Below, in pieces: positions 27,034 through 36,986 of a stretch of DNA of 44,982 bases. Both the position numbers and the translations under genes were made by a program. The notes under the pieces were generated by a model, which saw nothing but the letters and a program-made list of their open reading frames with translations, ran no database searches and was not told the origin of the DNA. The stretch spans positions 1-44,982 of the forward strand of contig JAFGDV010000017.1 of assembly GCA_016931955.1 (NCBI GenBank), in the 5' to 3' direction. This DNA is from Candidatus Altiarchaeota archaeon (lineage in GTDB: Archaea > Altiarchaeota > Altiarchaeia > IMC4 > QMZM01). Numbering within the stretch: position 1 is the first letter of the stretch; each line of letters starts with the position of its first letter.

Positions 27034-27214
27034 TTAAATACAAAATATTATAGCTTACATGAAGATTATATCAAATTCATTAAGTCAAGAAAGCTGAGGT
27101 TTACCTCATCATGCTAATCAATCAGTTCATTTCATTAGATTAGGGGTATTTAGGAACTCTTTCTTGACTAAAGGATATAATCTGATTCTTAGGATTTTTT
27201 GTGAGGTGATTTAA

Positions 27215-28357
27215 ATGGCGAAAGCGCCAGCAGACACAATAAAATACAACATCTATGCGGAGATCTCAATAGACGGCGTAGTTGAGAAACCAGACGTCGT
27301 TGGAGCGATCTTCGGCCAATCTGAGGGATTGCTTGGAGAAGACCTAGAACTGAGGGAACTGCAGAAGACGGGCAGGATAGGTAGAATAGAGGTAGATATA
27401 AAGACGAAGGTTGGTAAATCCGTTGGTACGGTAATAGTGCCCTCGAGCCTGGACATGGTTGAGACATCTATAATCGCCGCGGCAGTCGAAACAGTAGACC
27501 GCGTCGGACCATGTAATGCGAAGATAAAGGTCAACGAAATCGAAGACGCCCGTTCATCGAAGAGAAAACACATCATCGATAGAGCGAAGGAACTGCTCAA
27601 GAAGCTGGTTGAGGAGGAGATCCCAGAAAGCGACCAGTTGACTGATGAAGTCAAGAAGTCGGTCCAGTTAAGCGAGATCACCAACTACCAAGGCCTGCCT
27701 TCCGGGCCTGGAATAGATGTGGCTGAAAGCGTGATCCTTGTGGAGGGAAGAGCGGACGTTCTAACATTGCTTAAATGCGGCATAAAGAACGTCGTCGCAG
27801 TCGGAGGCACAAACATACAGAAGCAGATAATAGACTTGAGCAAGGAGAAAACAACCATCGCCTTCTTGGACGGCGACCGTGGCGGGGAAATAATACTGAA
27901 GGAGTTAACCCAGGTTGCTGATGTTGACTTCGTCGCCAGAGCCCCGAGGGGTAAGGAGGTTGAGGAGTTAGGTAAGAAAGAGATAATAATGGCCCTCCGC
28001 AGAAAGGCCCCATTAAGTCAAGTGAGGGGATATGAGTCAAAGAAGGGACAACCGCAGAAGACTGAAGAAAAGGTGGGAGAAGACGATAAAAAACTGCTCG
28101 AGCTCCTGAAGGAGGTTAAAGGCAACCTGACTGCGCGATTATACGATAAAAACCTTGAATTGATAACCGAAATCGAGATTAAGGATCTTGTAGACAGCCT
28201 GAAGGACGTACAACCCTACTGCATCGTCTTCGACGGCATAGTAACCCAACGCCTCGTTGACGCTGCCGCAGATAGTAAGGTGGGGTATATCGTCGGTGTC
28301 AACAAGTCCGCAATCTCGAACACACGGAAGGTGAACATCCTAACAGAGAAGGAATAG
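27215..28357 (+). CDS. dnaG: Archaeal DnaG-like primase/exosome-associated protein
   Basis: GVVEKPDVVGAIFGQSEGLLG, TOPRIM VEGRADV and DGDRGG; GAGGTGA SD. Confidence 0.95.
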   Translation: MAKAPADTIKYNIYAEISIDGVVEKPDVVGAIFGQSEGLLGEDLELRELQKTGRIGRIEVDIKTKVGKSVGTVIVPSSLDMVETSIIAAAVETVDRVGPCNAKIKVNEIEDARSSKRKHIIDRAKELLKKLVEEEIPESDQLTDEVKKSVQLSEITNYQGLPSGPGIDVAESVILVEGRADVLTLLKCGIKNVVAVGGTNIQKQIIDLSKEKTTIAFLDGDRGGEIILKELTQVADVDFVARAPRGKEVEELGKKEIIMALRRKAPLSQVRGYESKKGQPQKTEEKVGEDDKKLLELLKEVKGNLTARLYDKNLELITEIEIKDLVDSLKDVQPYCIVFDGIVTQRLVDAAADSKVGYIVGVNKSAISNTRKVNILTEKE

Positions 28358-28416
28358 CTTCGCCTTTTATTTCTTTTTTAAGGCTTTTATATCCAAGAAT
28401 CTACATTATACTTAGC

Positions 28417-29898
28417 ATGACTTCTCCAGGAGGAACGTATCTAGATGACATAGAGACTACAGAGGATGTTGAGATACCCCGAAATCCAATAGAGAGGATC
28501 ATCGGACAAGGCCATGCCATCAACAAGGTAACAAGCGCCGTAAAACAGCGGAGGAATCTTCTTCTCGTCGGCCCACCCGGCATAGGTAAGAGCATGATTG
28601 CCCAAGCCCTCGCATTAAATCTGCCGAAGCCTACTGAGGAGGTAAGGGTCGTGCATAACCCACATAACCCTGAGAGGCCGATTCTTGAGACCATAAAGGG
28701 GGAAGAGATGGAGAAGGAACATAAAAGCCAGTACATTAGCGGCTTCGTCGTCTCCGCCAAAGAGGTTCCGTCATTTGTTGCAGAGCAACTGGGTTTCAGG
28801 TGCAAGACCTGCGGCGAAATCAGCGACGTCAGTGAGACCATATGCCCCAAATGCGGTACAAACAAGTACAGCAAGATTTCATGGGGTAGACGGAACACGC
28901 CATTCGGTGACATAATAACTGAGGTCTTTGAAATAGGGACTAAGAGGCCTGAGAGGGAGGTTAGAACCACAAGGATAGGCAGCGATGGAAAAGAAACGAT
29001 TATCGTCTACCAGCATGCCGGCGACGGAAAGATTCGAGTCATGGACCAGTCTGCCATTGAGAATATAAAACAGAAAGACTGCAAGACGCAGATGAAGATC
29101 ATTGTTCCGCTAGACCGCTTCCCCTTCGTGCAGGCAACTGGTGCCTCTGAGACTGAACTGTTAGGTGACGTGCGGCATGATCCATACGGCAGTCATCCTG
29201 AGATAGGGACTCCTGCGTATCAGCGGGTTGTTCCGGGAGCGGTTCACGAAGCGCATGAGGGTGTTTTGTTTATAGACGAACTGCCTCAGATGGAGTATCT
29301 GCAGACCTACATACTTACGGCAATGCAGGAAAAGAAATTCGCAATAATCGGTAGAAACCCGCATTCTGCGGGGGCGTCTGTGAAGGTGGATAATGTTCCA
29401 TGCGACTTCATCTTCGTGGGGGCCTGTAACATAGGAGACATCGCTAGGATTCTCCCGCCTTTGAGGTCGAGGATACTGGGCAACGGATATGAGATTCTAT
29501 TGGAGACCTTGATGGAGGACAACGAAGAAAACAGAAAGAAGCTTACGCAGTTCATCGCCCAGGAGATAGAAAGCGATGGCAGAATACCCCACGCCAGCGC
29601 AGGGGCTGCTTTGGAGATAATCAACGAATCGAGGAAAAGGGCCTTCGAGCTGGATGGGAAGAGGAACATGCTAACCTTAAGGCTGCGGGACCTTGGGGGG
29701 TTGATACGGCTTGCTGGCGACCTAGCAATCCTTGACGAATCTGATGTGATAGAAGCAGAACACGTCAAGAGGAGCGTTAAAGAATCAACGCCTATAGAGC
29801 ACCAGATACAGGAGAGGTATGGTTCCATGTGGCTGGGCGCTGAAAAGGATCGCAACATCTCCTTTAGACGCGACAGACCGGATGAAGGATACATATGA
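28417..29898 (+). CDS. LonB-like AAA+ ATPase with Zn-ribbon insert, lacking protease domain
   Basis: IIGQ, GPPGIGKS, LLGDVRHDPY, VLFIDE, LRSRI, LTLRLRDLGGLIR; CKTC/CPKC insert; ends after the AAA lid. Confidence 0.85.
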   Translation: MTSPGGTYLDDIETTEDVEIPRNPIERIIGQGHAINKVTSAVKQRRNLLLVGPPGIGKSMIAQALALNLPKPTEEVRVVHNPHNPERPILETIKGEEMEKEHKSQYISGFVVSAKEVPSFVAEQLGFRCKTCGEISDVSETICPKCGTNKYSKISWGRRNTPFGDIITEVFEIGTKRPEREVRTTRIGSDGKETIIVYQHAGDGKIRVMDQSAIENIKQKDCKTQMKIIVPLDRFPFVQATGASETELLGDVRHDPYGSHPEIGTPAYQRVVPGAVHEAHEGVLFIDELPQMEYLQTYILTAMQEKKFAIIGRNPHSAGASVKVDNVPCDFIFVGACNIGDIARILPPLRSRILGNGYEILLETLMEDNEENRKKLTQFIAQEIESDGRIPHASAGAALEIINESRKRAFELDGKRNMLTLRLRDLGGLIRLAGDLAILDESDVIEAEHVKRSVKESTPIEHQIQERYGSMWLGAEKDRNISFRRDRPDEGYI

Positions 29899-29946
29899 GG
29901 GGGGGGTCACTTCCTGTATTATTGGATGGGTTCTTGTTCTGGAAGA

Positions 29947-29961
29947 AGTTAGGCACTACAT
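29947..29961 (+). repeat. Dispersed 15-bp repeat, copy 3
   Basis: Exact copy between convergent genes. Confidence 0.9.
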
Positions 29962-29968
29962 GATGTAT

Positions 29969-31180
29969 CTACTTCTTCAAATGCTTTTTAGAAACACCAA
30001 GACAGTACATCAGGCCCTTCAGGTTGTTTTTTGTTATACTGCCGTCGGCGACCTTCTTCAGAACATCCTTCGCGTTAAAGGCTATGCCAAGTCCGGCATT
30101 CCTCAACATGATCTGGTCATTCGCCCCATCACCGACAGCGACAACGTCTTCCCTGGGTATGCCTTCCCTTCTAGCGAGTTCTTGCATGATTTCTGCCTTC
30201 CTTTCTGAGTCTATGATTTCGCCCTTGACTTCGCCGGTTACCCTCCCATCTAGGATAACCAACTCATTACCAAAGGCATAATCAAAGCCAAGCCGCTCCC
30301 TTAAGGCGTCGGTGAAGTAGGTAAATCCCCCACTTATTAATGCGATCCTATAGCCCATGCTCTTCAGTGTTGTTATCAGCTCCTCCGTCCCGGGGGTGAG
30401 CTTCATCTCATCTCTTATCTTCTCTAGAACAGGCTCCGGCAAACCTTCTAGCATCTTAACCCTTCTGCGCAGGGACTCCTTAAAGTCCATTCCCCCCTGC
30501 ATCCCCCTCGCAGTGATTTCCGATACCTGCGGTCCGACACCCGCCGCCTTAGCCAGTTCGTCTATGATCTCGTAATCAACTATGGTTCCATCCATGTCAA
30601 AGACGACCAGCCCCCTCTTAGACCCTGAAACCTCCTCGGGTTGAACTATTATGTCCACTTCTATGGACCTGCTTGTTTCATCCATGATACTTCTCAGCTC
30701 GCTTAGCGAGACATTCTTGGAATCAACGAGCATCTCCATGGCGAGCAAATCGCCACGAGCTATCATCTTGATCCTCTCAATGTTCAGGTTTACGTCAAAC
30801 AAGGCCTTGGAAATCCCTGCAACAATCCCTGGCTTGTCTTTCCCGAATATAGTTATCCTCTGAATGTTTCTTTCATCGTTTGCTTTCTCGCCATCGTATT
30901 CAGATAAGGAGACAATGCTCACTATCATGCCCTGCTTTTTTACGTAGTCACTTAGCATATCCTCTAGCTCATCAGCATTTACGGTCGCTTTACTCAGGTC
31001 CACCAGCATGAACATGGAGAATAAGCCGTGAATGACACTCTGCTCTATGTCTACTATGTTGATTTCGGCTTTCGCTAATTTGCCTGTGATTTCAGAGACA
31101 AGGCCTTCCCTGTCCTTGCCTAACACGGTGACAACAAATAAGTTATCGATCATCTTCAGTGGAATAGAGACTTCCATCAC
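29969..31180 (-). CDS. serB: Phosphoserine phosphatase with two ACT domains
   Basis: GKDREG and GKDKPG ACT motifs; DMDGT, SGGF, GDGAND HAD motifs. Confidence 0.95.
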   Translation of the reverse strand: MMEVSIPLKMIDNLFVVTVLGKDREGLVSEITGKLAKAEINIVDIEQSVIHGLFSMFMLVDLSKATVNADELEDMLSDYVKKQGMIVSIVSLSEYDGEKANDERNIQRITIFGKDKPGIVAGISKALFDVNLNIERIKMIARGDLLAMEMLVDSKNVSLSELRSIMDETSRSIEVDIIVQPEEVSGSKRGLVVFDMDGTIVDYEIIDELAKAAGVGPQVSEITARGMQGGMDFKESLRRRVKMLEGLPEPVLEKIRDEMKLTPGTEELITTLKSMGYRIALISGGFTYFTDALRERLGFDYAFGNELVILDGRVTGEVKGEIIDSERKAEIMQELARREGIPREDVVAVGDGANDQIMLRNAGLGIAFNAKDVLKKVADGSITKNNLKGLMYCLGVSKKHLKK

Positions 31181-31183
31181 ATG

Positions 31184-31468
31184 TTACTCTACAACAATCT
31201 TCCCGAATTTTCCGGCGCCCACCTGAAGCTCTCCTCTGTATTCCTTCGTCCAACCGTTTTCAATCCTTATCTTGACGCCTTGGCTGACTAGATTGATTTC
31301 GTCATTCCATAGAGTGAGCTTAACCTCCCCTGTTTTGTCCTTAACTGTGGCGTTGGCTACCTTTCCACTTCCGCGAAAGCTGCTGAATTCCCTTGGTTCG
31401 CTGACCTCGGAGACCTCTACCTCCAAGACGTCTATGGGCGTGTTCGGCTTCAAATCTTTTATCTGCAT
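31184..31468 (-). CDS. ssb: Single OB-fold ssDNA-binding protein
   Basis: GKVANATVKDKTGEVKLTLW, ENGWTKEYRG; GAGGTGA SD before ATG 31468. Confidence 0.88.
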   Translation of the reverse strand: MQIKDLKPNTPIDVLEVEVSEVSEPREFSSFRGSGKVANATVKDKTGEVKLTLWNDEINLVSQGVKIRIENGWTKEYRGELQVGAGKFGKIVVE

Positions 31469-31526
31469 CAGATTCACCTCTATCCCAGAGTTAAGTATTA
31501 TGTAATGAAGTATAAAAGTCAAATTC

Positions 31527-31541
31527 ATGTAGTGCCTAACT
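31527..31541 (-). repeat. Dispersed 15-bp repeat, copy 4
   Basis: ATGTAGTGCCTAACT, exact reverse complement. Confidence 0.9.
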
Positions 31542-31588
31542 TTTCCCAACCTTCACCCACCGAATCCCACTCAAGGTGTTCCTTCCGT

Positions 31589-31602
31589 TGTAGTGCCTAA
31601 CT
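31589..31602 (-). repeat. Dispersed repeat, copy 5 (14 of 15 bp)
   Basis: TGTAGTGCCTAACT. Confidence 0.85.
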
Positions 31603-31614
31603 CCCCACCAAAAA

Positions 31615-32394
31615 CTATGTGCCGATATGCACAACATTAGTCAACTTCTTCAGTAAGGCGATCGCTGATAGCGCAGCGATCCAGCTGGTCTTGGGGTTCT
31701 GCGTAGAAGGCAGATTCTTCGCGATGGTCGTGAATTCCCCGAAGTCCCCTTTGACATGAACTTCGTGAATGTTTTTGTCGACCTTTGGGTCAGCCACGAT
31801 CCTGAGAAGGGTTCCGTCCAAGCCGACGCCTGCGATGCCTAGGGTTGCGGCAACGTTCACGCTCTTCGGGAATTTCCTCACACCATCGAGAGCCGCACCC
31901 TTGAAGATGACAGTCTCCTCTTTAACGTCTACACCCAAGGTCTTCGGATTCTTCCTTGTCGTTATCTCCACAGAATCTATGGTAGCGAGGCTTGCAGCGT
32001 TCAAACCATCGACTCCGACGATGCCGCCGGAGGGGATGTAGATTTTCACATTCCGTTTCATGGCGGCCTTTTTCATATCCCTGAAGAGTCTGTTGTCCGC
32101 AAGCGCCCCGACACTCATAATCATAAGGCTTTTCCCAGACTCCAAGATTCTTAGTGCGTATTCTGTAACGGCTTCCTGTGAGGCCGCTTCCACGACCAAA
32201 TCTACGCCCTCGATGAGGTCATCTATGTTGTCCACTACCTCGAAGTCTAGGTTAACATCCTTGAGGAAGTCTTTCGATCTGTTTTTGTCTTTGTCGAAGA
32301 CCTTAACCAGCTTGCAGTGTATTATGCCTCGGTAAACTGCGTTGGCGATGAATTCCCCGATGTTCCCGCAACCCAATAAAGCAATCTTGATCAT
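31615..32394 (-). CDS. nadX: L-aspartate dehydrogenase
   Basis: GCGNIG, VVEAAS, SVGAL, PSGGIVGVD, FPKSVNVAA, NPKTS. Confidence 0.93.
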   Translation of the reverse strand: MIKIALLGCGNIGEFIANAVYRGIIHCKLVKVFDKDKNRSKDFLKDVNLDFEVVDNIDDLIEGVDLVVEAASQEAVTEYALRILESGKSLMIMSVGALADNRLFRDMKKAAMKRNVKIYIPSGGIVGVDGLNAASLATIDSVEITTRKNPKTLGVDVKEETVIFKGAALDGVRKFPKSVNVAATLGIAGVGLDGTLLRIVADPKVDKNIHEVHVKGDFGEFTTIAKNLPSTQNPKTSWIAALSAIALLKKLTNVVHIGT

Positions 32395-33191
32395 CTTCTG
32401 AATCTAAATTTGATTTTCATGAATATATACACAAAGATCAGGGAGATGAGAAGCGGCAATAACTGTATCTTGGATACTGGGCGCAGTTCCGATAGCTTCT
32501 CCATCTTGATTCCTTCAGGATTCCTGAGGTAGTGGTCTATCCCCTTAAGGTGGCCGGCGCCAACCACCGCCACGATGTTGGCCTCAGGAAAACACCCCAT
32601 TAGTTTGAGAAGCGCTTGAGCCATGTACATGTCTCGTTCATCGACCAACGCAGAGTATAGCATTGGAAGTGTCTGCCTCAATTCGTGGAGGATCTTTTCT
32701 ATGTTTTTTTCCTCCAGGATATCCTCAATGTTGGTTCCAAGGAGTGAGCCTAGCATCTCCATCTCCTTACCGCCTCGCGAAAAAAGCCTTAATTTCTCTT
32801 TTAATGGTATGCTGAGGACGTGATTCAGTGTTATGTTGATGTCTCTATCGATTAAGGCGATCTTGCAGCCAATTTTTCTAGCTGAATGGATTGCTGCGAG
32901 CATGTCCGAACCTGCGTGCACCCCGAATTGTCTGCCCAGGTCTCGCTGTATCATGGCGAGAAAGCCCTCCAATAATACAGGAAGTGACCCCCCCCTCACA
33001 GCGTCCTTCAGGAGGGAGACAATACTGGTCTCCTCAGGCAAGTCAAGACGCCACCCGCGCGCTTCAAGAGCAGCGAACCTCTTACCATCAAGTTCTATCG
33101 CCACGATGTCGGGTTTCTCGCCATCAACGGATTTTTCAACGGCTTGAACGCTTTTCTCGAAAATATGACCTGTGCCTATCAGACGTATCAT
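32391..33191 (-). CDS. TraB/PrgY family protein
   Basis: IGTGH, PDIVAIELD..R, DRDINITL, LVDERD, VVGAGH; start moved to avoid overlap with divergent gene. Confidence 0.88.
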   Translation of the reverse strand: MIRLIGTGHIFEKSVQAVEKSVDGEKPDIVAIELDGKRFAALEARGWRLDLPEETSIVSLLKDAVRGGSLPVLLEGFLAMIQRDLGRQFGVHAGSDMLAAIHSARKIGCKIALIDRDINITLNHVLSIPLKEKLRLFSRGGKEMEMLGSLLGTNIEDILEEKNIEKILHELRQTLPMLYSALVDERDMYMAQALLKLMGCFPEANIVAVVGAGHLKGIDHYLRNPEGIKMEKLSELRPVSKIQLLPLLISLIFVYIFMKIKFRFRR

Positions 33192-33233
33192 ATTTATACC
33201 CATCTTACATAATTTAATAAATAGGGGATTAAA

Positions 33234-33518
33234 ATGAGCAAACGATTGTCGGAGATATATGGGATGGACATCTTCACGGAAAAGGCAGAATATGTCGGCA
33301 AAGTAGGTGATATCATCCTGAACCTGGAACAGGGGGAAATCATGCAATTAAGCCTTTCGCCTCTGAGAACACTCGGCACAGATGTGAGGAGAGTCCTTCA
33401 GGAGGAGACAATCCCATACGAGGAAGTCATCAGGATCGGAGACATAATAATATGCAAGAAAAACCCCCGCAGGGAAGGGAAGACGAAGGAGGGAAAAGCC
33501 CCCAGAACAACAGTCTAA
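33234..33518 (+). CDS. PRC-barrel protein (CdpB-like)
   Basis: LSEIYGMDIFT..YVGKVGDIIL..IPYEEVIRIGDIII. Confidence 0.85.
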   Translation: MSKRLSEIYGMDIFTEKAEYVGKVGDIILNLEQGEIMQLSLSPLRTLGTDVRRVLQEETIPYEEVIRIGDIIICKKNPRREGKTKEGKAPRTTV

Positions 33519-33584
33519 GGTAAACAGTCAATACACAGTAATTCTATTTAATTATCCTGTAAAATCTAATTCTTATTGTTTAGA

Positions 33585-34364
33585 ATGGGCATATCCAATA
33601 TCGGTGTAATAACACACCCTAGGGTGGGCGACGATTTCGCAAGAAAGGTGTTGGATAGATTAGCCGTTGATGGCATAGTGTTATCCTTAGACCCCATAAC
33701 CGCGGAAAAGATAGGCGAAGAGAAAACGGATGTGAAGGATATGAGGGTAGACCTTGCAGTCATCATCGGTGGAGATGGCACCATCCTGTGGGCGATCAAT
33801 GAACTGCAGAAGGATCCATTGGTTCTCGGCATTAATGTGGGAAATGTTGGATACCTGACGGAGCTGACACCGGAAGACGTTATGGATAAGCTTGATCTAC
33901 TATTAAAGGGAGACTATGAAGTAGAAGAGAGGATGAAGCTGTTGGTTGACGACCGCGTTGAGGCGTTGAACGAGGTCCTGGTAGTATCTGCCGAACCTGC
34001 AACGCTCCTCGAGTTCGGGGTAAGGTTGGACAATCTGGAAATCGCACGCTTTCGTGCTGATGGCGTCATCGTTTCCACACCGACTGGTTCAACAGCGTAT
34101 TCCCTGTCTGCAGGAGGCGCCTTGTTGCATCCAAAGGTGAAAGGATACGTAATAACCCCCGTAAACCCATTCCAGCGTAAACAGCACCCATTGGTCGTGC
34201 CCGAGGATTCGGAGACAACAATAGAGTTGCTCAGAGAGGAGAGGGAAGCATGCCTCATAGTTGACGGCAGGCGTGTGAAAAAAATAGGCGCGCACCAAAA
34301 AATATCCATAAGAAAAGCGCAACATAAGGCGAGATTCGTCAGATTCACGCAAAAAAGAGGATGA
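33585..34364 (+). CDS. nadK: NAD kinase
   Basis: GGDGT, GIN.G.VGYL, LNE, ADGVIVSTPTGSTAYSLSAGG. Confidence 0.95.
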   Translation: MGISNIGVITHPRVGDDFARKVLDRLAVDGIVLSLDPITAEKIGEEKTDVKDMRVDLAVIIGGDGTILWAINELQKDPLVLGINVGNVGYLTELTPEDVMDKLDLLLKGDYEVEERMKLLVDDRVEALNEVLVVSAEPATLLEFGVRLDNLEIARFRADGVIVSTPTGSTAYSLSAGGALLHPKVKGYVITPVNPFQRKQHPLVVPEDSETTIELLREEREACLIVDGRRVKKIGAHQKISIRKAQHKARFVRFTQKRG

Positions 34365-34909
34365 ATAAAAGAAAAAGGCTTCTGGAATTGATACGAGAGA
34401 AGGCATTATCCAAGGAAGCCATGACCCTATCATCAGGGAAAAAGAGCGACTACTACGTGGACTGTAGATTGATTACAATGGAGCCTGAGGGGGCGACCCT
34501 CATATCAGAGATATTCTTCGACATGTTGAAGGACAAGGGCGTGGATTCGCTTGGTGGGCCGACCATCGGTGCAGACCCGATAGCGGGGTCATTCGCAGTG
34601 ATAAGTCTCCAGCACGGGCAACCAATCCCTACATTCATCATCAGGAAGGAGCAGAAGACTCATGGAAAACAGAAAACAGTAGAGGGCCCCCTTAGAGAAG
34701 GATCGAGGGTTGCGATAGTGGATGATGTTGCCACCACAGGAAACTCACTACTTAACGCAATCCGGGCGGTTGAGGAATATGAATGTAAAGTTGAGGCTGT
34801 TTTGGTTGTAGTAGACCGCCTTGAAGGCGCTAAAGAAAAACTTGCCGAAAGAGGGTATGAGTTGATGAGCATCTTCACCAAAGAAGACCTTCTGAAGAAT
34901 GAACCCTGA
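34361..34909 (+). CDS. pyrE: Orotate phosphoribosyltransferase
   Basis: LSSGKKSDYYVD, IRKEQKTHG, IVDDVATTG, VVDR. Confidence 0.95.
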   Translation: MNKRKRLLELIREKALSKEAMTLSSGKKSDYYVDCRLITMEPEGATLISEIFFDMLKDKGVDSLGGPTIGADPIAGSFAVISLQHGQPIPTFIIRKEQKTHGKQKTVEGPLREGSRVAIVDDVATTGNSLLNAIRAVEEYECKVEAVLVVVDRLEGAKEKLAERGYELMSIFTKEDLLKNEP

Positions 34910-35735
34910 GGTACTGGAGGAGAAACTCCTCAAGATGGTTGAAGAAGATGAGGGAAGCGGGGACATTACATCAGCCCTAACGCCGAACAAGACCGTTGAG
35001 GCAGAGATCATAGTAAAAGAGCAATGCGTCCTTTCCGGCATATCTGAATTAAAGACACTATTCAGGCTCTTCAACATAAAGGTCCTTAAGTCCGCCGACG
35101 ATGGTGAATCGATAAAAAAAGGGCAACAGGTCCTCATGCTATCAGGGAAAGCCCACGATATACTCCTTACTGAGAGAACGGCGTTGAACATACTGTCGAG
35201 GATGAGCGGTATAACCTCCCTTACGAGAGAATTCATCAAGCAGGCACGGAAGGGGAATACCAGGGTTAGGGTCGCAGCCACAAGGAAGGTCACCCCCCTC
35301 TTTGGGTACTTCGAGAAAAAGGCGGTGATGGTTGGGGGAGGAGATCCGCATCGTCTGGGATTATATGACATGGTCCTGATAAAAGACAACCACATCAGGC
35401 TGTTCAAGGACGTGAGGGCTGCCGTCAGAAAGGCCAGAGAGTCCTCTTTTGCCCACAAGGTAGAGATCGAGGTCGAAACGGTTGAGGGGGCCGTTACAGC
35501 AGCTGAGGAGAAGGCGGACATAATAATGCTGGACAACATGTCTGTGAAGCAGGTCAGGTCTGCGATCTTGAAGCTGGGGGAAAAGGGTTTGCGTAACAAC
35601 GTATTGATTGAGGTCTCAGGTGGGGTAACCCTGGGAAATATTGCAGAATATGCTGCGTGCAGCCCAGATATTATCTCAGTCGGTAGATTAACGCATTCTG
35701 TGGGGGCTAAAGACTTCTCCCTTAAAATCCTCTAA
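34899..35735 (+). CDS. nadC: Quinolinate phosphoribosyltransferase
   Basis: GDITS, ERTALN, ATRK, HRLGL.D.VLIKDNH, EIEV, MLDN, SGG. Confidence 0.95.
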   Translation: MNPEVLEEKLLKMVEEDEGSGDITSALTPNKTVEAEIIVKEQCVLSGISELKTLFRLFNIKVLKSADDGESIKKGQQVLMLSGKAHDILLTERTALNILSRMSGITSLTREFIKQARKGNTRVRVAATRKVTPLFGYFEKKAVMVGGGDPHRLGLYDMVLIKDNHIRLFKDVRAAVRKARESSFAHKVEIEVETVEGAVTAAEEKADIIMLDNMSVKQVRSAILKLGEKGLRNNVLIEVSGGVTLGNIAEYAACSPDIISVGRLTHSVGAKDFSLKIL

Positions 35736-35780
35736 AATTGTCTTTTAAAGAAATGTTTCTAATTAATAACCCGAGGGCTG

Positions 35781-36215
35781 ATGATACCCAACAATAATCC
35801 GGTCTATAAGAGGCTTGAGAAGAGCCTTTTCCTCTTTGGTTTATTGTTGGTAATCTCCTTTCTCTCGTATTTCGTGTTCATGGATGAGGTCTTCATGTGG
35901 AGGTTTTTCGCATTCGGCCTTGGTGCTTCAATATCATTGTTCATCTTCTATCCGACAATCCGCGGTATCAAGGCAGGTGACATAGTCATGGTCCCCATAT
36001 GGAAGGAGATAGAGACCCCATTCATGGAGGAATCCTACATGGATTCTGTTCCCACTGTGGCGATGGAAGGCGGCAGGAGGAACGAGTTAATAGAAGTCCG
36101 CCTCGGCGATGGAACCTCTGGTCTGGTTAAACTACTGCACTACGGGCTTATCTCGTTCCCAGAAGGCAGGTTGATAGAGATAGAGAAACCATTGAGTGAT
36201 GTGCAGTCTATGTAG
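35781..36215 (+). CDS. Hypothetical membrane protein (2 TM + small beta domain)
   Basis: ATG ORF filling the gap; two hydrophobic segments. Confidence 0.7.
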   Translation: MIPNNNPVYKRLEKSLFLFGLLLVISFLSYFVFMDEVFMWRFFAFGLGASISLFIFYPTIRGIKAGDIVMVPIWKEIETPFMEESYMDSVPTVAMEGGRRNELIEVRLGDGTSGLVKLLHYGLISFPEGRLIEIEKPLSDVQSM

Positions 36216-36789
36216 GCCTAAGGACTCTACCGCTTTTCAGGTCAACCACTTTGGATGGCTTACCTATCCTGCACCTACCAGAATCTATTGCAAGGTCTGC
36301 ATTGGAAAGTATGCCCGCACTTATCTCTTCAAAGCTGGCGGGGTAAGGCTCGCCCGAGACGTTGGCGGAGGTCGTTATTATCGGAACACCAGCGATTTCT
36401 ATGACCTTTTTAACCACCAAGTGGTTTGGGATCCTCACCCCCACAGTATCACCCCCAGAGGTTACTATGTCAGGGATAGATCTTTTCTTTTCAACTATGA
36501 AGGTGTAAGGCTTCAGTATGTTCTCTCTGATGAATGATTCCTCCTTGGGTGTTATGTGGGTGTATTCTTTCACCATGTCCATGTCCGAGCACGCGATGGA
36601 TAATGGCCTATTCAGGGGGCGCTTCTTTATCCTGAACACTTCCATGACCTTCTCTGAGTGGTGGGAGCAGCCGATGCCGTAGACCGTGTCTGTTGGATAT
36701 ACAAGAATCCTACCCTCCTTTAAGGCGGTTGCAGCAAGAAGTATCGAGGATTTGTCTGGTTTCTTGGGGTCTATCCTGAGAACTTTCAT
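36208..36789 (-). CDS. tsaC: L-threonylcarbamoyladenylate synthase (TsaC/YrdC, short form)
   Basis: YPTDTVYGIG, KKR, GVRIP, TTSANVSG; ATGA coupling with upstream gene. Confidence 0.92.
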   Translation of the reverse strand: MKVLRIDPKKPDKSSILLAATALKEGRILVYPTDTVYGIGCSHHSEKVMEVFRIKKRPLNRPLSIACSDMDMVKEYTHITPKEESFIRENILKPYTFIVEKKRSIPDIVTSGGDTVGVRIPNHLVVKKVIEIAGVPIITTSANVSGEPYPASFEEISAGILSNADLAIDSGRCRIGKPSKVVDLKSGRVLRPT

Positions 36790-36941
36790 GGCCCCTCGAA
36801 TTCGCATTCACTGCAGCGGTACTTGGCTCCAAGGGTCCTGCATGAACTACACCTCACTATAAGACCTTTACCGCAGTTGGGGCACTTAAATTCGGTGTGT
36901 CCCTTGTCTGCCTCTGTCCCACAGCTTGTACACTTCTTCAT
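36786..36941 (-). CDS. Zn-ribbon protein, DUF1610/HVO_2753 family
   Basis: CTSC..FKCPNCG..RCSSCR..YRCSECEFEGP; 51 aa from ATG 36941. Confidence 0.9.
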   Translation of the reverse strand: MKKCTSCGTEADKGHTEFKCPNCGKGLIVRCSSCRTLGAKYRCSECEFEGP

Positions 36942-36986
36942 ACATATTATTTTGTATTGAAAAGTAATAAGTAACAACTTAATAAA

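Noticed and set aside
29947-31541. serB-ssb as a composite transposon bounded by inverted 15-mers
   Set aside because: No transposase or evident target duplication; housekeeping cargo; TGT-type ends would face outward
31615-35735. nadX, nadK, nadC cluster lacking nadA
   Set aside because: Ordinary NAD biosynthesis; nadA is often encoded elsewhere
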